The position numbers and the translations under genes were made by a program. The notes under the pieces are model-generated. The model ran no database searches, was not told the DNA's origin, and saw only the letters and a program-made list of their open reading frames with translations. Below are positions 12,857 through 23,782 of a stretch of DNA of 64,000 bases, one piece after another. Location of the stretch: NCBI RefSeq assembly GCF_028641065.1, contig NC_073396.1, positions 3,100,001-3,164,000 of the forward strand, in the 5' to 3' direction. Source of the stretch: Leucoraja erinacea (Eukaryota). Position 1 is the first letter of the stretch. Every line of letters starts with the position of its first letter.

Positions 12857-13668
12857 CTTGTTACTGCAGCAAGCTGCCTCTCCACGTGGGACACATGAGT
12901 CCACCAGCCCAGCCTCCTTGCCCCGACCTGATCCGCAGGCAAACTTTCATTGGGTCGCCTCCCTGCCTGTCCGTCCCCGGACCTTTGGCTACAAGTTTAC
13001 GGCACCACGTTGGGTTGGAGTCTGGAGTCAGGAGGCAAGGAGTGTGGAATTATGCGAGGGCCAATATATAAATATTGGGATGTGCAGGAAGAGACTGCAG
13101 ATGCTGGTTGAAAGCAAAAATGCTGGAGAATGTGAGATTAGGGAAGGGATCTTCACTGAGTGTGGGATTTGTTTAAGAAGGAACTGCAGATGTTGGAAAA
13201 TCTAAAGTGCTGGAGAAACTCAGCGGGTGCAGCAGCATCTATGGAGCGAAGGAAATAGGCAACGTTTCAGAAAGTTCAGTCTGAAGAAGGGTTTCGGGAC
13301 GAAACGTCGCCTATTTCCTTCGCTCCATAGATGCTGCTGCACCCGCTGAGTTTCTCCAGCACTTTTGTCCACCTGAGTGCGGGATTGTGGAAGGTTTGGA
13401 AGGGAATTTCACAGCGTGTGTGTGTGATTATGGAAGGGAATAGACTCGATGGGCCGAATGGCCTAATACTTACTCCTAGAATTTGTGAATGTGGGATTAT
13501 GGAAGGCGGGTTTCACTGAGTGAAGGTTATGACAAACACTAAGGGAGTATCTTTGGTTTTATGGAAGATATTTGCAATGGAGGTGAAGGGAGAGAGTTGA
13601 TGTACCTTGGCTGCCAGCAACACATCCGGTCCGGTAGGGCGCCGGTCACATGCCATGGGGGGGGACTC

Positions 13669-13985
13669 GGCGCTGCCCCCGTCACGTGGTGATGCTGGCG
13701 GTCACGGCGCTGCCCCCGTCACGTGGTGCGGGCGGCGTTCACCAAAGATCTTATAGCGTTCATGGTACCCCTGTCACGTGGTGGTGCTGGAAGTCACGGC
13801 GCTACCCCCGTCACGTGGTGGTGCTGGAAGTCACGGCGCTGCCCCCGTCACGTGGTGCTACTGGCGGTCACGGCCAAAGATCCTATAGCAGAGCTCCGCG
13901 GCGTTCACGGCGCTACCCCCGTCACGTGGTGGTGCTGGTAGTCACGGCGCTGCCCCCGTCACGTGGTGGTGCTGCTGGCAGTCAC
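13669..13985. repeat. 37-bp GC-rich minisatellite with GTCACGTGG in each unit
   Basis: GTCACGTGG at 13681, 13718, 13773, 13810, 13847, 13921 and 13958 (spacings 37, 55, 37, 37, 74, 37). The array resumes at 14448 after the MITE. Confidence 0.9.
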
Positions 13986-14447
13986 CAAAGATCTTATAGC
14001 GAAGCAAGATAGGCTGCTCCTGCTGAATGCAATGGACTGACGTGTAGCACGCTATGGAGGGGGGTCATGGGCATTTTCCACGCCCATTTTAGCAACCTGA
14101 TCCTCCCGACCCGACTCGCAATGTAATCTTATAGCAGAGTTATAGGATCTTAGGTGTAATTTTGTTAGTTCTCACCTCTGTTAATTCTTGTCACGAATAA
14201 AATTTGACTCGGGTAATAGTGTTCTTTCTAATGTTTTTAACATGTTTTCTTTTTAAATGGTTCATAGGCTGTGTTTGAGCAGATTTTGTGCAAACCGGAA
14301 CATAGCCGGCCCGACTGGACTCGCAGGGTAATCAACGTTGCGGGGAAGTTTTCGTGTGTGACATAGGGTTAGATTCTTAATTATGTTAGTTCATAATTCT
14401 CTTAATTCTTGGTAAAGAAAAAAGTTTTCTTCGCTCTAAGATCTTTG
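13986..14447. mobile_element. 462-bp non-autonomous DNA transposon (MITE), P or hAT superfamily
   Basis: 18-bp TIRs caaagatcttatagcgaa / ttcgctctaagatctttg (1 mismatch). Perfect 8-bp TSD gcagtcac (13978-13985, 14448-14455). AT-rich interior inside a CpG island. Confidence 0.85.
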
Positions 14448-14480
14448 GCAGTCACGGCGCTGCCCCCATCACGTGGTGGC

Positions 14481-14675
14481 GGCGGCGTTGGTTCACGGCA
14501 CCCCACGTCACGTGGCGCCTTACTTCCGGCGGCGTTGGTTCACGGCACCCCACGTCACGTGGCGCCTTACTTCCGGCGGCGTTGGTTCACGGCACCCCAC
14601 GTCACGTGGCGCCTTACTTCCGGCGGCGTTGGTTCACGGCACCCCACGTCACGTGGCGCCTTACTTCCGGCGGCG
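14481..14675. repeat. Four perfect 47-bp tandem repeats with E-box and ETS motifs (SMCR8 proximal promoter)
   Basis: Unit ggcggcgttggttcacggcaccccacgtcacgtggcgccttacttcc at 14481, 14528, 14575 and 14622. Each has GTCACGTGG, and ACTTCCGG spans each junction. Confidence 0.95.
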
Positions 14676-14711
14676 GGGGTCAGTCAGCTGGAGGGAGGGA
14701 GACAAGACAAG

Positions 14712-14816
14712 ATGGCGGCTGGCGAGGAGCAGCCAGTGTCGCCGAGCTGTTGCTGCCCGCCTTCCCCGGGCGGCGGCGACCACGACCACGACCACGGTGA
14801 GGACGAGCCGCGATGA
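14712..14816 (+). promoter_or_regulatory. Upstream ORF (34 aa) whose stop overlaps the SMCR8 start; YY1-type motif AAGATGGCGGC at its start
   Basis: aagATGg strong Kozak context at 14712. The frame ends CGA-TGA (14814-14816), overlapping the ATG at 14813-14815. The TSS is unknown. Confidence 0.55.
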
Positions 14817-17202
14817 TCACCGCCCCCGACGTAGTGGCCCTGGCCCGCCAGGAGGACGGGGAAGGGGAGAGGGGGGAGGAGGAAGAGCGGCCGGCGCCTC
14901 CCTTCCACTTCCAGCCCCACAACCCCTGGGCCGGGGCCGCCGCCGCCACCGCCACTTTGCTGAAGGATTTCATTCTCATTTCCGAGTTTTCCGAGCAGGT
15001 AGGCCCTCAGCCGTTGCTAACCATCCCGGACCATGCCCGCGGCGACTTTGACCTCAACTATTTCTCTCTCAGGATCATGTCTGTGGATTACCAGGCCTCG
15101 TTCGTGGGCCACCCTCCCGGCACCAGCTACCCCAAGCTCAACTTCGTGGAGGACTCCAAGGTGGTGCTCGGCGACTCCAAGGAAGGAGCCTTCGCCTACG
15201 TCCACCACCTGACCCTCTACGACCTGGAAGCCAGGGGCTTCGTCCGCCCTTTCTGCGTCGCCTACATCTCCACGGATGAGAACAAGATCATGCAGCAGTT
15301 CCAGGAGCTCTCGGATGACTTCTCCAGAGCCTCCGAGTGCCTGAAGACCGGCAACAGAAAAGCGTTTGCCAACGAGCTGGAAAAGAAACTTCAGGACCTG
15401 GAGTATACCCGGAATGTGCTGCACAATGAAACAGAAATCCAGAAAAAGTCAAACGATAAAGGATATTACTCTTCGGTTGCGATAGAGAAGGCGAATGAAC
15501 TCGCCAATGTGGAGAAATGTATAATCGAGCATCAAGATCTCCTGATGCAGATCAGAAATTATTCATACAAAAAAACGAGGGATGCCAGCTATTTTACACA
15601 CGAGCCAGATAATGGTACGGAACATTCTGAGTCTGGGTTGGAGGAAATGCAAAATAGGGGCGAGTCGTCTGAAAAAAATAGTTTATCCGATGGAAGATCT
15701 TACATACCTAAATTTACAAAAACTAAATCTGCAAAATGCTTTGAAAAGAAACTGAAAACCCTGGAAGAACTTTGTGACAGCTACTTTTTTAATCAAACCT
15801 TAGAACAACTTAGGCAGGTGGAGAAATTCTTCAGGGGGGATGTATGCTATCTCCTTACCAGTCAAATTGAAAAGGTGCTCCTGCAACAACAACGGACAAC
15901 TTATTTTCTCTTTGAAGACTCGCTACTCTTCACTGATGAAGAACAAGCTGAAAAAGAACAGCACTGTGAAAAACCCCTACCTTGTTTTAATCTTATCAAT
16001 GCTAAAGTTTTGGACCACCCTTGTCTATCAACTGAAGCGGCAAGCTGTGATTCGTACAAGTCTTGCGTGGAGTCTGTATCCATTAAACTGGATCCTCAAA
16101 TTAGCGTAGACAGTTATTGTGGGTCTATGTCTGATTCCGTTCCATTCAAAAGTCTCTTTGGAACTTCGGACTATCTTGAATTGGAAGGGAAAGAGAAAGG
16201 AAGTATTAGTAGTGGTGAAAGCATTGAGGTCCTGCGTACAGAAAAATCCTCCTCGACCCCAATATCATCCAAATCTGACAACCAGACAGACACGCAGCGC
16301 CAGCATCTGCACGTTGTGCAGCGGAAGTTTGTTGGTACTAGGAGGGCGAACAGCGAGGACAGCATTGAGGTACTAAGTACCACTGAATCACTGATACCCG
16401 AAGACCTGAAAGCCGCCTATCCAAATGCAATCCATGAAGAAGAAGCACCTTTAGAAAATGAAACAATTGGGCTGAGCACAGATCTTGTGGAGCCTGATGC
16501 AAATCTAAACCATACTAATGGGTTTAGCAACACAAATTTTGAAACTGGAACCATTAATTTCTCTGCGTTATCTGAGCCCGTTGACCCTTCTTGTTGTATT
16601 GGGAAAGAGAGCCCACATTTTAATAAGTCTGTACCTACATTTGTAACCGAAGAGTACAGGGATGGGGTTGTCAATGTTCCACCACAGCGCAGCAAAACCA
16701 TCAGTCACCTATTCCACAGTGATTACCCACTGCAAGAAGGGGGAGGTGGATCGGATAATGCTGCAGATCAAGTATTCTCTCCCTGTGAAAAGGAATACAG
16801 TGATCTACCCGGTGCTGAAGAAATGGCTCGGCTTCCAGTGGATGAGTATTTGGACAACATGAGCTACATAAGTGCATCTTTATATTCTGATCGGACTCCA
16901 TCTCCAGCCCTCCCAACCAGTCCGTCAAAGAGGCTCTCTGAAAGACGCAAGAAGCATTCGGGGAAGAATTCTCTGTGGTTTATACGGCAATATTCTTTTG
17001 CACAGCAGGCAATATTTTCACTGCTGTCTGGGCGGACCCTTGTGGTGGTTGGTGAGCACGAAGGGAAAGTCAAGAAGCTTGTCAATGCCTTGTCAATATT
17101 TGTCCCCAGTCATGGCAGAGGTGCAGATTCTGTGAAGCAATGGGTAACGCTTCCTTTGCACGTGGATGACTTGCAGACTTGGAAACTCATTGGACTTCAG
17201 AG
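14813..17202 (+). CDS. SMCR8: SMCR8 (C9orf72-complex subunit, DENN/longin family), coding exon 1
   Basis: MITAPDVVA..DFILISEFSEQVGPQPLLTIP..FDLNYFSLRIMSVDYQASFVGHPPG..DLEARGFVRPF matches recalled vertebrate SMCR8. Donor AG|gtgggt after LIGLQR (phase 2). Confidence 0.97.
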
Positions 17203-17350
17203 GTGGGTGGTAAATATAAAGTATAACATGGTTATATCTCAGGAGCCGTTTACTTTGTAATGAATACAGGCCTGGCGATGTCAGCGCAATAAGACGGGCT
17301 TATTAATAGATCTAGCCGTGTGGTTTACAGCTATTTCATAATTGGAAAAT

Positions 17351-17633
17351 TGGGTGACACAGTGGTAGTCTTGCTGCCTCACAGTGGCAGAGACCCAGGT
17401 TTGATCCTGACCTCGGGTGCTGTCTGTACGGAGTTTGCACATTCCCCCTGTGACCGTGTGGGTTTCCTCTGGGTGCTCCTGTTTCCTCCCACATTCCAAG
17501 GACCTGCAGGTTTGAAGCTTCTGTAATTTGGCCCTAATGTGTGGGATAGAACTAGTGAAGGGATGAACAAGGTCAGCGTGGACTCAGTTGGCCAAAGGGC
17601 CTGTTTTCACATTGAATCTCTGAACTAAACTAA
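17351..17633 (+). mobile_element. HE1-type SINE in the SMCR8 intron
   Basis: tRNA-like head, central gtgggtttcctctgggtgctcc segment and (aacta)n tail. Confidence 0.75.
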
Positions 17634-18504
17634 ATAAATTCATAATGGGTTAAATCATAAATGGACACCTTCAAATTTCATGCTGTTTGTATAATTCTAC
17701 AGACTAAACACATTAAAATCAGTTATTTTGGGTACGTTAGATGATATTTTAGTCAGGGTGCAGTAAGTCTGCATGATGAAACTCATACCAAGAGCATGTA
17801 GTTCCCATTTTGTTTCCCTATGTGCTTGCTGTCAAAGCTCCAACTTTGGACAGTTTCATATTGAAATAAAGTCTGGTGATAGTGATGTAATTTCCTTACC
17901 AAAATAATTTGGGATAAAATCTGAAGCTATTGTACTAGGTAGAGTGATACAGCGTGGAAACAGGCCCTTCGGCCTGACTTGCCCACACTGCCAACATGTC
18001 CCATCTACACTAGTCCCACCTGCCTGCGTTTGGATCACATCCCACCAAACCTGTCCTATCCATGTACCTGTCTTTTTCTTAAACGTAGGAATAGTACCTG
18101 CCTCGTCTACCTCTTCCATACACCCACCACCTATTGTGTGAAAAAGTTACCCCTCAGATTCTGGATAGAAGGAATGGGCGATGTTTTGGGTTGACACCCT
18201 TCTTCAGCTCTGCAGCTTCCTCTGGCAGCTCGTTCCATATACCACCCAACCTCTATCTAGAGAAAGCAGCCCCCCCGGGTCCCTTTGAAATCTTTCCCCT
18301 TTCACCCTAAATCTGTGACTTTGAAATGTTTTAATTGTCCAACCTGCAATTTTTGTCCATTATTATACTTCTAGCTCACTGACTCGAAGGGCCAAATGGC
18401 CTCCTCCTGCACCTATTTTCCTATGATTCTTTTGGTCTGTTGATGCTATACTATGGTAACTCCTGTCAAAGATAGGAGCTTTATAACTTTAAAGCTTTAA
18501 AATA

Positions 18505-19122
18505 CAGGTCGACCACCGATTTTCCAACCCCCCTTGGTTCCAGAGCCTTGCCCTTTTGCCAGACCAACATGGTCACGTAATAATAATTCTTCAATGTGTC
18601 TCTGACTTGCTAATTATACCCCTCCCTTGTCTCTAAAGCTCCTTGAACTGCTAGAAACTTAAATAAAACAAATACGAAATGTAAATTAAATTCACAGCAA
18701 AACTTGCATTTGTTGTCTGGGTGCCAGTTAACGGGTTGCCCTCGGAAGTCCCAGTGAGGGTTGGATCAGCGGCTGCCTGCAGGGTCGAGGCATCGCTTTC
18801 CCGGCAAGCTCACACCCACGGAGAGCAGAAACTTGAGCCGCAGAATAGCGAGCCCAGGTGAGGTTCGGCCGCATCACCTGGCCTTGGCGCCACATTTTGT
18901 GGGGGAGGGGGCTTCCGTACGTCGATGCCACCGAGTCAGTCGGTGGTGCCATTGGCGAATAAGTCCCGCCGCGGATGTCCCAGTGAGGTTGCGATCGACC
19001 CCCTTTCCCAGCCTAGGAGCCACATTTTCGGGAGGTACTTCCAGGGAACTCTCGTGATTTTGCCTGGATTAAAGAAGGTTCTGGACCATCAGCTGGCAAA
19101 AAAAAATTGGGTGGTGTACCTG
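18505..19122. mobile_element. Tc1/mariner (Tigger/pogo-like) non-autonomous element
   Basis: TA | CAGGTCGACCACCGATTTT ... AAAATTGGGTGGTGTACCTG | TA: imperfect TIRs with a TA TSD. Confidence 0.7.
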
Positions 19123-19187
19123 TATATGGTTATTATCTTCCAAATTTTTAAATAAATAGGACTGAATTTGAAACCCACAGGAATTAT

Positions 19188-19912
19188 TTAATCATAATAA
19201 TGATAATTACTTTATTAACCAAGTATATTTTGCAACATACGAGGAATTTGATTTGCCATTCAGTCATACCAATAAAAAGCAACAAGACACACAAAATACA
19301 TTTTAACATAAACATCCACCACAGTGACTCCTCCACATTCCTCACTGTGATGGAAGGCGAAAAAAAGTTCAATCTCTTCCCTTCTTTGTCTCTTCCGGTC
19401 GGGGGTCTCGAGCCTTCTGTGGACGGGACTATCTTGGCTCTCGTAACCGGTGGTCGGACCCTCCGCCTCGGGGAGATCACAGCTCTCCTGCGCCGGGCGA
19501 TCAGACCCCAGGTTAGGGCTAGTCGAACCTCTTGCGTGTTTGGAGGTTCCCGACATCAGTCTCTACGCAAGACTGCGAGCTCCTCGATGGTGAAATCCGC
19601 AGGCCGCCGTTGGAGCGTCAATCCCAGGCAAGGAATCGGCTCCGACGGTAAGTCCACGTCCCCGCGGTGGGGCTCAAAGTCAATCTCATGCAAGCGCTCC
19701 AGCTCCATGATGTTAGGCCGCAGATACAATCTGGAAAACAATCACATCTCCGGCAAAGTAAGAGATTGAAAAAAAGTTTCCCCTGAAACCCTCCCCCACC
19801 CTCACATAGAACAAACCAGAGAAGATTAACACAAACTTTTAAAAACACACTAAAAATAACAAAACGAACGAAAAGACACAGACCGTCGGCGAGTCTGCCA
19901 TTGCCACCCCGT
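19188..19912 (-). mobile_element. Non-autonomous retroposon with a LINE-type 3' end and (ATT)n tail
   Basis: The minus strand ends ...ttggttaataaagta plus (att)n. Flanked by the direct repeat ggaattat (19180-19187, 19913-19920). Confidence 0.5.
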
Positions 19913-20019
19913 GGAATTATGTGACATTTCTTACCTCAAAATGGAAGCAGGCTCAATTTGAATAACCGGAATGCGAATTTTGAAGAAGGGTTCCATCCTG
20001 AAATGTCACATCACCTTTC

Positions 20020-20438
20020 GGCTTGTACACGCTAGAATTCAGAAGATTGAGGGGGGATCTTATAGAAACTTACAAAATTCTTAAGGGGTTGGACAGGCTA
20101 GGTGCAGGAAGATTATTCCCGATTTTGGGGAAGTCCAGAACTAGGGGTCACAGTTTAAGGATAAGAGGGAAGTCTTTTAGGACCGAGATGAGAAAATCAT
20201 TTTTTACACCGAGAGTGGTGAATCTGTGGAATTCTCTGCCACAGAAGGTAGTTGAGGCCAGTTCATTGGCTATGTTTAAGAGAGAGTTAGATGTGGCCCT
20301 TGTGGTTAAAGGGATCAGGGGGTATGGAGAGAAGGCAGGGATGGGATACTGAGTTGGATGATCAGCCATGATCATATCGAATGGCGGTGCAGGCTCGAAG
20401 GGCCGAATGGCCTACTCTTGCACCTATTTTCTATGTTT
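20020..20438 (+). mobile_element. CR1 LINE 3' fragment
   Basis: ORF 20023-20352 is nearly identical to the C-terminus of the 10764-11951 ORF, followed by the same 3' UTR. Confidence 0.9.
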
Positions 20439-20587
20439 CCATGTTCTCCAGAGATACTGCCTGACCCGCTGAGTAACTCCAGCACTTTCTGTCCATTTTG
20501 GAATGTTGACATCTGGATTACCACTGAAAGGATGTCCACATTGCAGACACAGAATTTGTAACGGCTTTGTTTCTTTCACTTTTCTAG

Positions 20588-21041
20588 AATAGCTTCTCCT
20601 CTGGGCACCAGTATGCTGCACTCGCTGAATCGCTATAGACGCTATGTCACCATTCTGGACTGCGACAACAAAACGCTGCATTGCCCGCAGTATAAAGGAC
20701 AGCTGATTACCCGAATGGCCGACCATAGGACTCAGATAAAGAGGGGCAGCACTTACTACATGCACGTTCACAGTATGCTGACCCAGCTCAGTTCCCAAGC
20801 TTTCCTCTACACCTTCTGCCATCACCTGCATCTTCCCATCGACGAGAGGGAGAGCGAAGATTCAGTCACCTGTCGCAGAGTAAACTTTTTAAAGCATCAT
20901 CTGGGGCTGGTGAATGATGACAGCAAAATAGTGCAATACTTTGCAGAACTGATCAAGATGCACTACCTGCACGAACCTCCAAAGGGCTTGAATCCGCTTC
21001 TGCGGTTTCACTACGACCCTAGTGTGGTGTTTAAGATCTAA
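20588..21041 (+). CDS. SMCR8: SMCR8 coding exon 2 (total 947 aa)
   Basis: Acceptor ttctttcacttttctag|A. IASPLGTSMLHSLNRY..ADHRTQIKRGSTYY..FLYTFCHHLHLP..LRFHYDPSVVFKI* is in frame with exon 1. Confidence 0.97.
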
Positions 21042-21270
21042 TGCTGCAACTCTCTCCGATTCAAAGCTGAATTTTTATCACGCACTTCGGTCAGAGAAAA
21101 GCATGACCTCCTTCCATTTGTTTCTCCCTGCGATGTTGTACCATCACCCGTGTTGTACAAAAGGGGCAGCAGTCTGGCTGTGTCAAGTCATGGACATGTG
21201 AGCATTTTTTAACTTGCAGATCAATGAGTCAAACTATGGCAAGAGTGAATCAAGAATTTACAGATCTAGC

Positions 21271-21590
21271 AGGGCAGCACAGTGTGCAGCTGTGGAGTTG
21301 CTGACTTACAGCAGCAGCAATAGAGTTGCTGCCTTGCAGCGCCAGAGACCCGGGTTTGATCAGAGTACGGGTGCTGACTGTACGGAGTTTGTACATTCTC
21401 CCTGTGGCCACGTGGGTTTTCTATGGGTGCTCCCACACTACAAAGATGTGCAGATAATTGCAGGATAATTGGCTGGTAAAATTGTAAATTGTCCTTTATG
21501 TGTAGGAGAATGCTTCTGCATGGGGGTGATCGCTTGTCGGCGTGGACTCGGTGGGCCGAAGGGTCTGTTTCTGCGTTGTATCGCTAAATC
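21271..21590 (+). mobile_element. HE1-type SINE in the SMCR8 3' UTR
   Basis: cagcgccagagacccgggtttgatc head through gggccgaagggtctgtttc tail. Confidence 0.75.
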
Positions 21591-23513
21591 TTAAGCGCAC
21601 TGAATTACCTCCAGTTCAGTATACAGGATCATATTTCTAAATGATCTAACGCGTTGGGTAGGGTGAGAAATGATCTGAGGACAAAGCACGAAGGAATGGG
21701 ATATACCCAAGTGCATGGTTAAGGCGAGTTTTTTGGTATCTTGTTCCATTTCCTGCTATCCTAGACGGGATGGTGTTTGACGTGGACTGCGTGCTGGTAA
21801 GAACTAAACCAAATCAAGGTGAACTAAGAGGCTCAGAAACATCACCCGGTGATCTATCGTGTGTTACACCTCCATGTTGCTGAACTAATACCCAGTGCGC
21901 GTCTGCATTTTGGCTAATTTCTGGGTGATAGGTTGCGTTGCGACAATATTGTTATGAACCAGATTATCTGTAGTTGTAAAAGTTGTGAATAGATCCAAAG
22001 TGGATCTTGTCCAGAAAGTAAATTCAGCTTTTTAATATGTCCAATCGCTGGTGAAGGATTAGAATGATACGGCTGCGTACATTGTAGTGTTATAGCAAGG
22101 TTTTCTTCATATTTGACATTGTTAATGTTTAACGGAGAAAATCCACGTTACGAATGGTCGGCTACTTGCATGCTGTCAGGGTGGCCCCAAGTTCCATACG
22201 GGTTTCCCATTGCCGGCAGTGGGAAGCCTAGTTTACAAAGATAACTATTTCCGTAGGTGTGCGTGGGGATTAACGGAGAGGAGGGGATGGGGGAGAGCTA
22301 GCATGAAACACATCTGTGTATGTCTGCACCGGCTTTAATTGTTGCATTTGTATCAGGGTGTTGCAATTCCCCCTTGATGTTCCACCAGCGTTTCCACAAA
22401 GCTCAAGGGGAAATGAAACTTCAAGTCTTGCAGAAATTTGGATTTTAAAAGGGAAAACAAAAATAGCTTCTGACTGGTGATTGTTCATGGCTTGCTGTAA
22501 TTGGGGGAAGAAATGGCGCGGTCTACATTGCCACACGACAAATTCTACATTTTGCCAATTGCAGCGAAGATGGGAATTAGAAAGTTGGTTTTGCCGTAAG
22601 AACTAAGGAAGGGAATTAAAAAGAATCATTCTGATTACATTTGCAAATCTTCAGGCTATATATACAATTTGAGCCCCCTGCACTTCCACTTGTGTCTTGA
22701 TCAGGAACATTGTGTCGAAGCAAATACTCAGCAAGCAGATAGAATATTAATCTGCCTCTCTTCCTTACTCATGCTGGAGATGTGACCTGGTCTAATTATT
22801 AACACCGCCCGTAGGCTAGTTGAGACGCCAAGTTAAAGCAATGTCTGCTTACACGGATGTAACGGCCGAGAGAAGTTAGTAGTCCGTGTTTCGTAAACTT
22901 TCGTGGATTATTTTAGAACGCTGAGTAGTTCTGAGTAATCCGGTCACACATTTCCGAGTCTCTATGGTTGGTGCTCACGAAATAGCATTTTATGCGGTCT
23001 GCACTGTGAAAGCTCACGTGGAAAGATCTCCACTGTGTTGGCATGATGCAGACTGTCCTGAAATATCCCCACAAAAAGGCAGCAATTTAACTTGGGCTAT
23101 CACCGCAGGCACAGAGCAGCGTACTGAATTATGTTCTCCAGAACCTGCACGATAGCTCAGACCGCAGTAATCATTAACAGGCTGTGAGGTCTTTCAGTTG
23201 ACTATGTAAATATAACTTCGGCCATCAAAGATTGGACCTTAGGCCAGGTGATGGGATGGATCCAAAGAATATATTTGTTCTGAATGATGGGTAAATTTGA
23301 AACATTTGTTCATAAGCTGATAAGAAATCCAGTGAATGTGTTTTTAGCCAATATGGCATGATCATGGTATAAACTTGCTCAATATATTGGGGAACCCTTT
23401 ATTCGCCCAGCCTGTGTATTCCATTAGTAATAACTGCTCATTTAAAGATAAATTTAATTCCGGCTGGAAGGTTTTCTATTTATTTTTTCAAAAAGAACAT
23501 TTTGTTCAGATGT

Positions 23514-23782
23514 TTAAGAAAGAACTGCGGATGCTGGAAAAATCGACAAAAATGCTGGAGCAACTCAACGGGTGAGGCAGCATCAATGGAGTGAAGGAAT
23601 AGGTGACGTTTCGGGTCGAGACCCTTCTGGAAACTCAGCGGGTGAGGCAGCATCTATGGAGCGAAGGAATAGGTGACGTTTCGGGCCGAGACCCGGAAGG
23701 GTCTCGACCCGAAACGTCACCTATTCCTTCGCTCCATAGATGTTGCCTCACCCGCTGAGTTTCTCCAGCATTTTTGTCTACC
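23514..23782. mobile_element. Palindromic Penelope-derived insertion with 14-bp TSD
   Basis: TSD ttttgttcagatgt (23500-23513, 23783-23796). 65-bp inverted arms 23630-23694 and 23699-23763 around a GGAA loop. Confidence 0.8.

Noticed and set aside
13669-14675. Repeat arrays as a CRISPR-like locus
   Set aside because: Units are directly tandem with no unique spacers, there are no cas genes, and the context is a vertebrate promoter.
13650-15051. ORFs 13650-14012, 14409-14816 (5' part) and 14473-15051 as genes
   Set aside because: They are repetitive translations of GC-rich, stop-poor minisatellites and alternate frames of the SMCR8 CpG island.
17203-17260. Tail of the 815-aa ORF (WVVNIKYNMVISQEPFTL)
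   Set aside because: It is read-through into the intron. The donor at 17202/17203 joins exon 2 in frame and restores the conserved C-terminus.
17351-17420. tRNA genes at GGTTCGATCC-type motifs across the window
   Set aside because: They are the tRNA-derived heads of SINEs and are followed by SINE body sequence.
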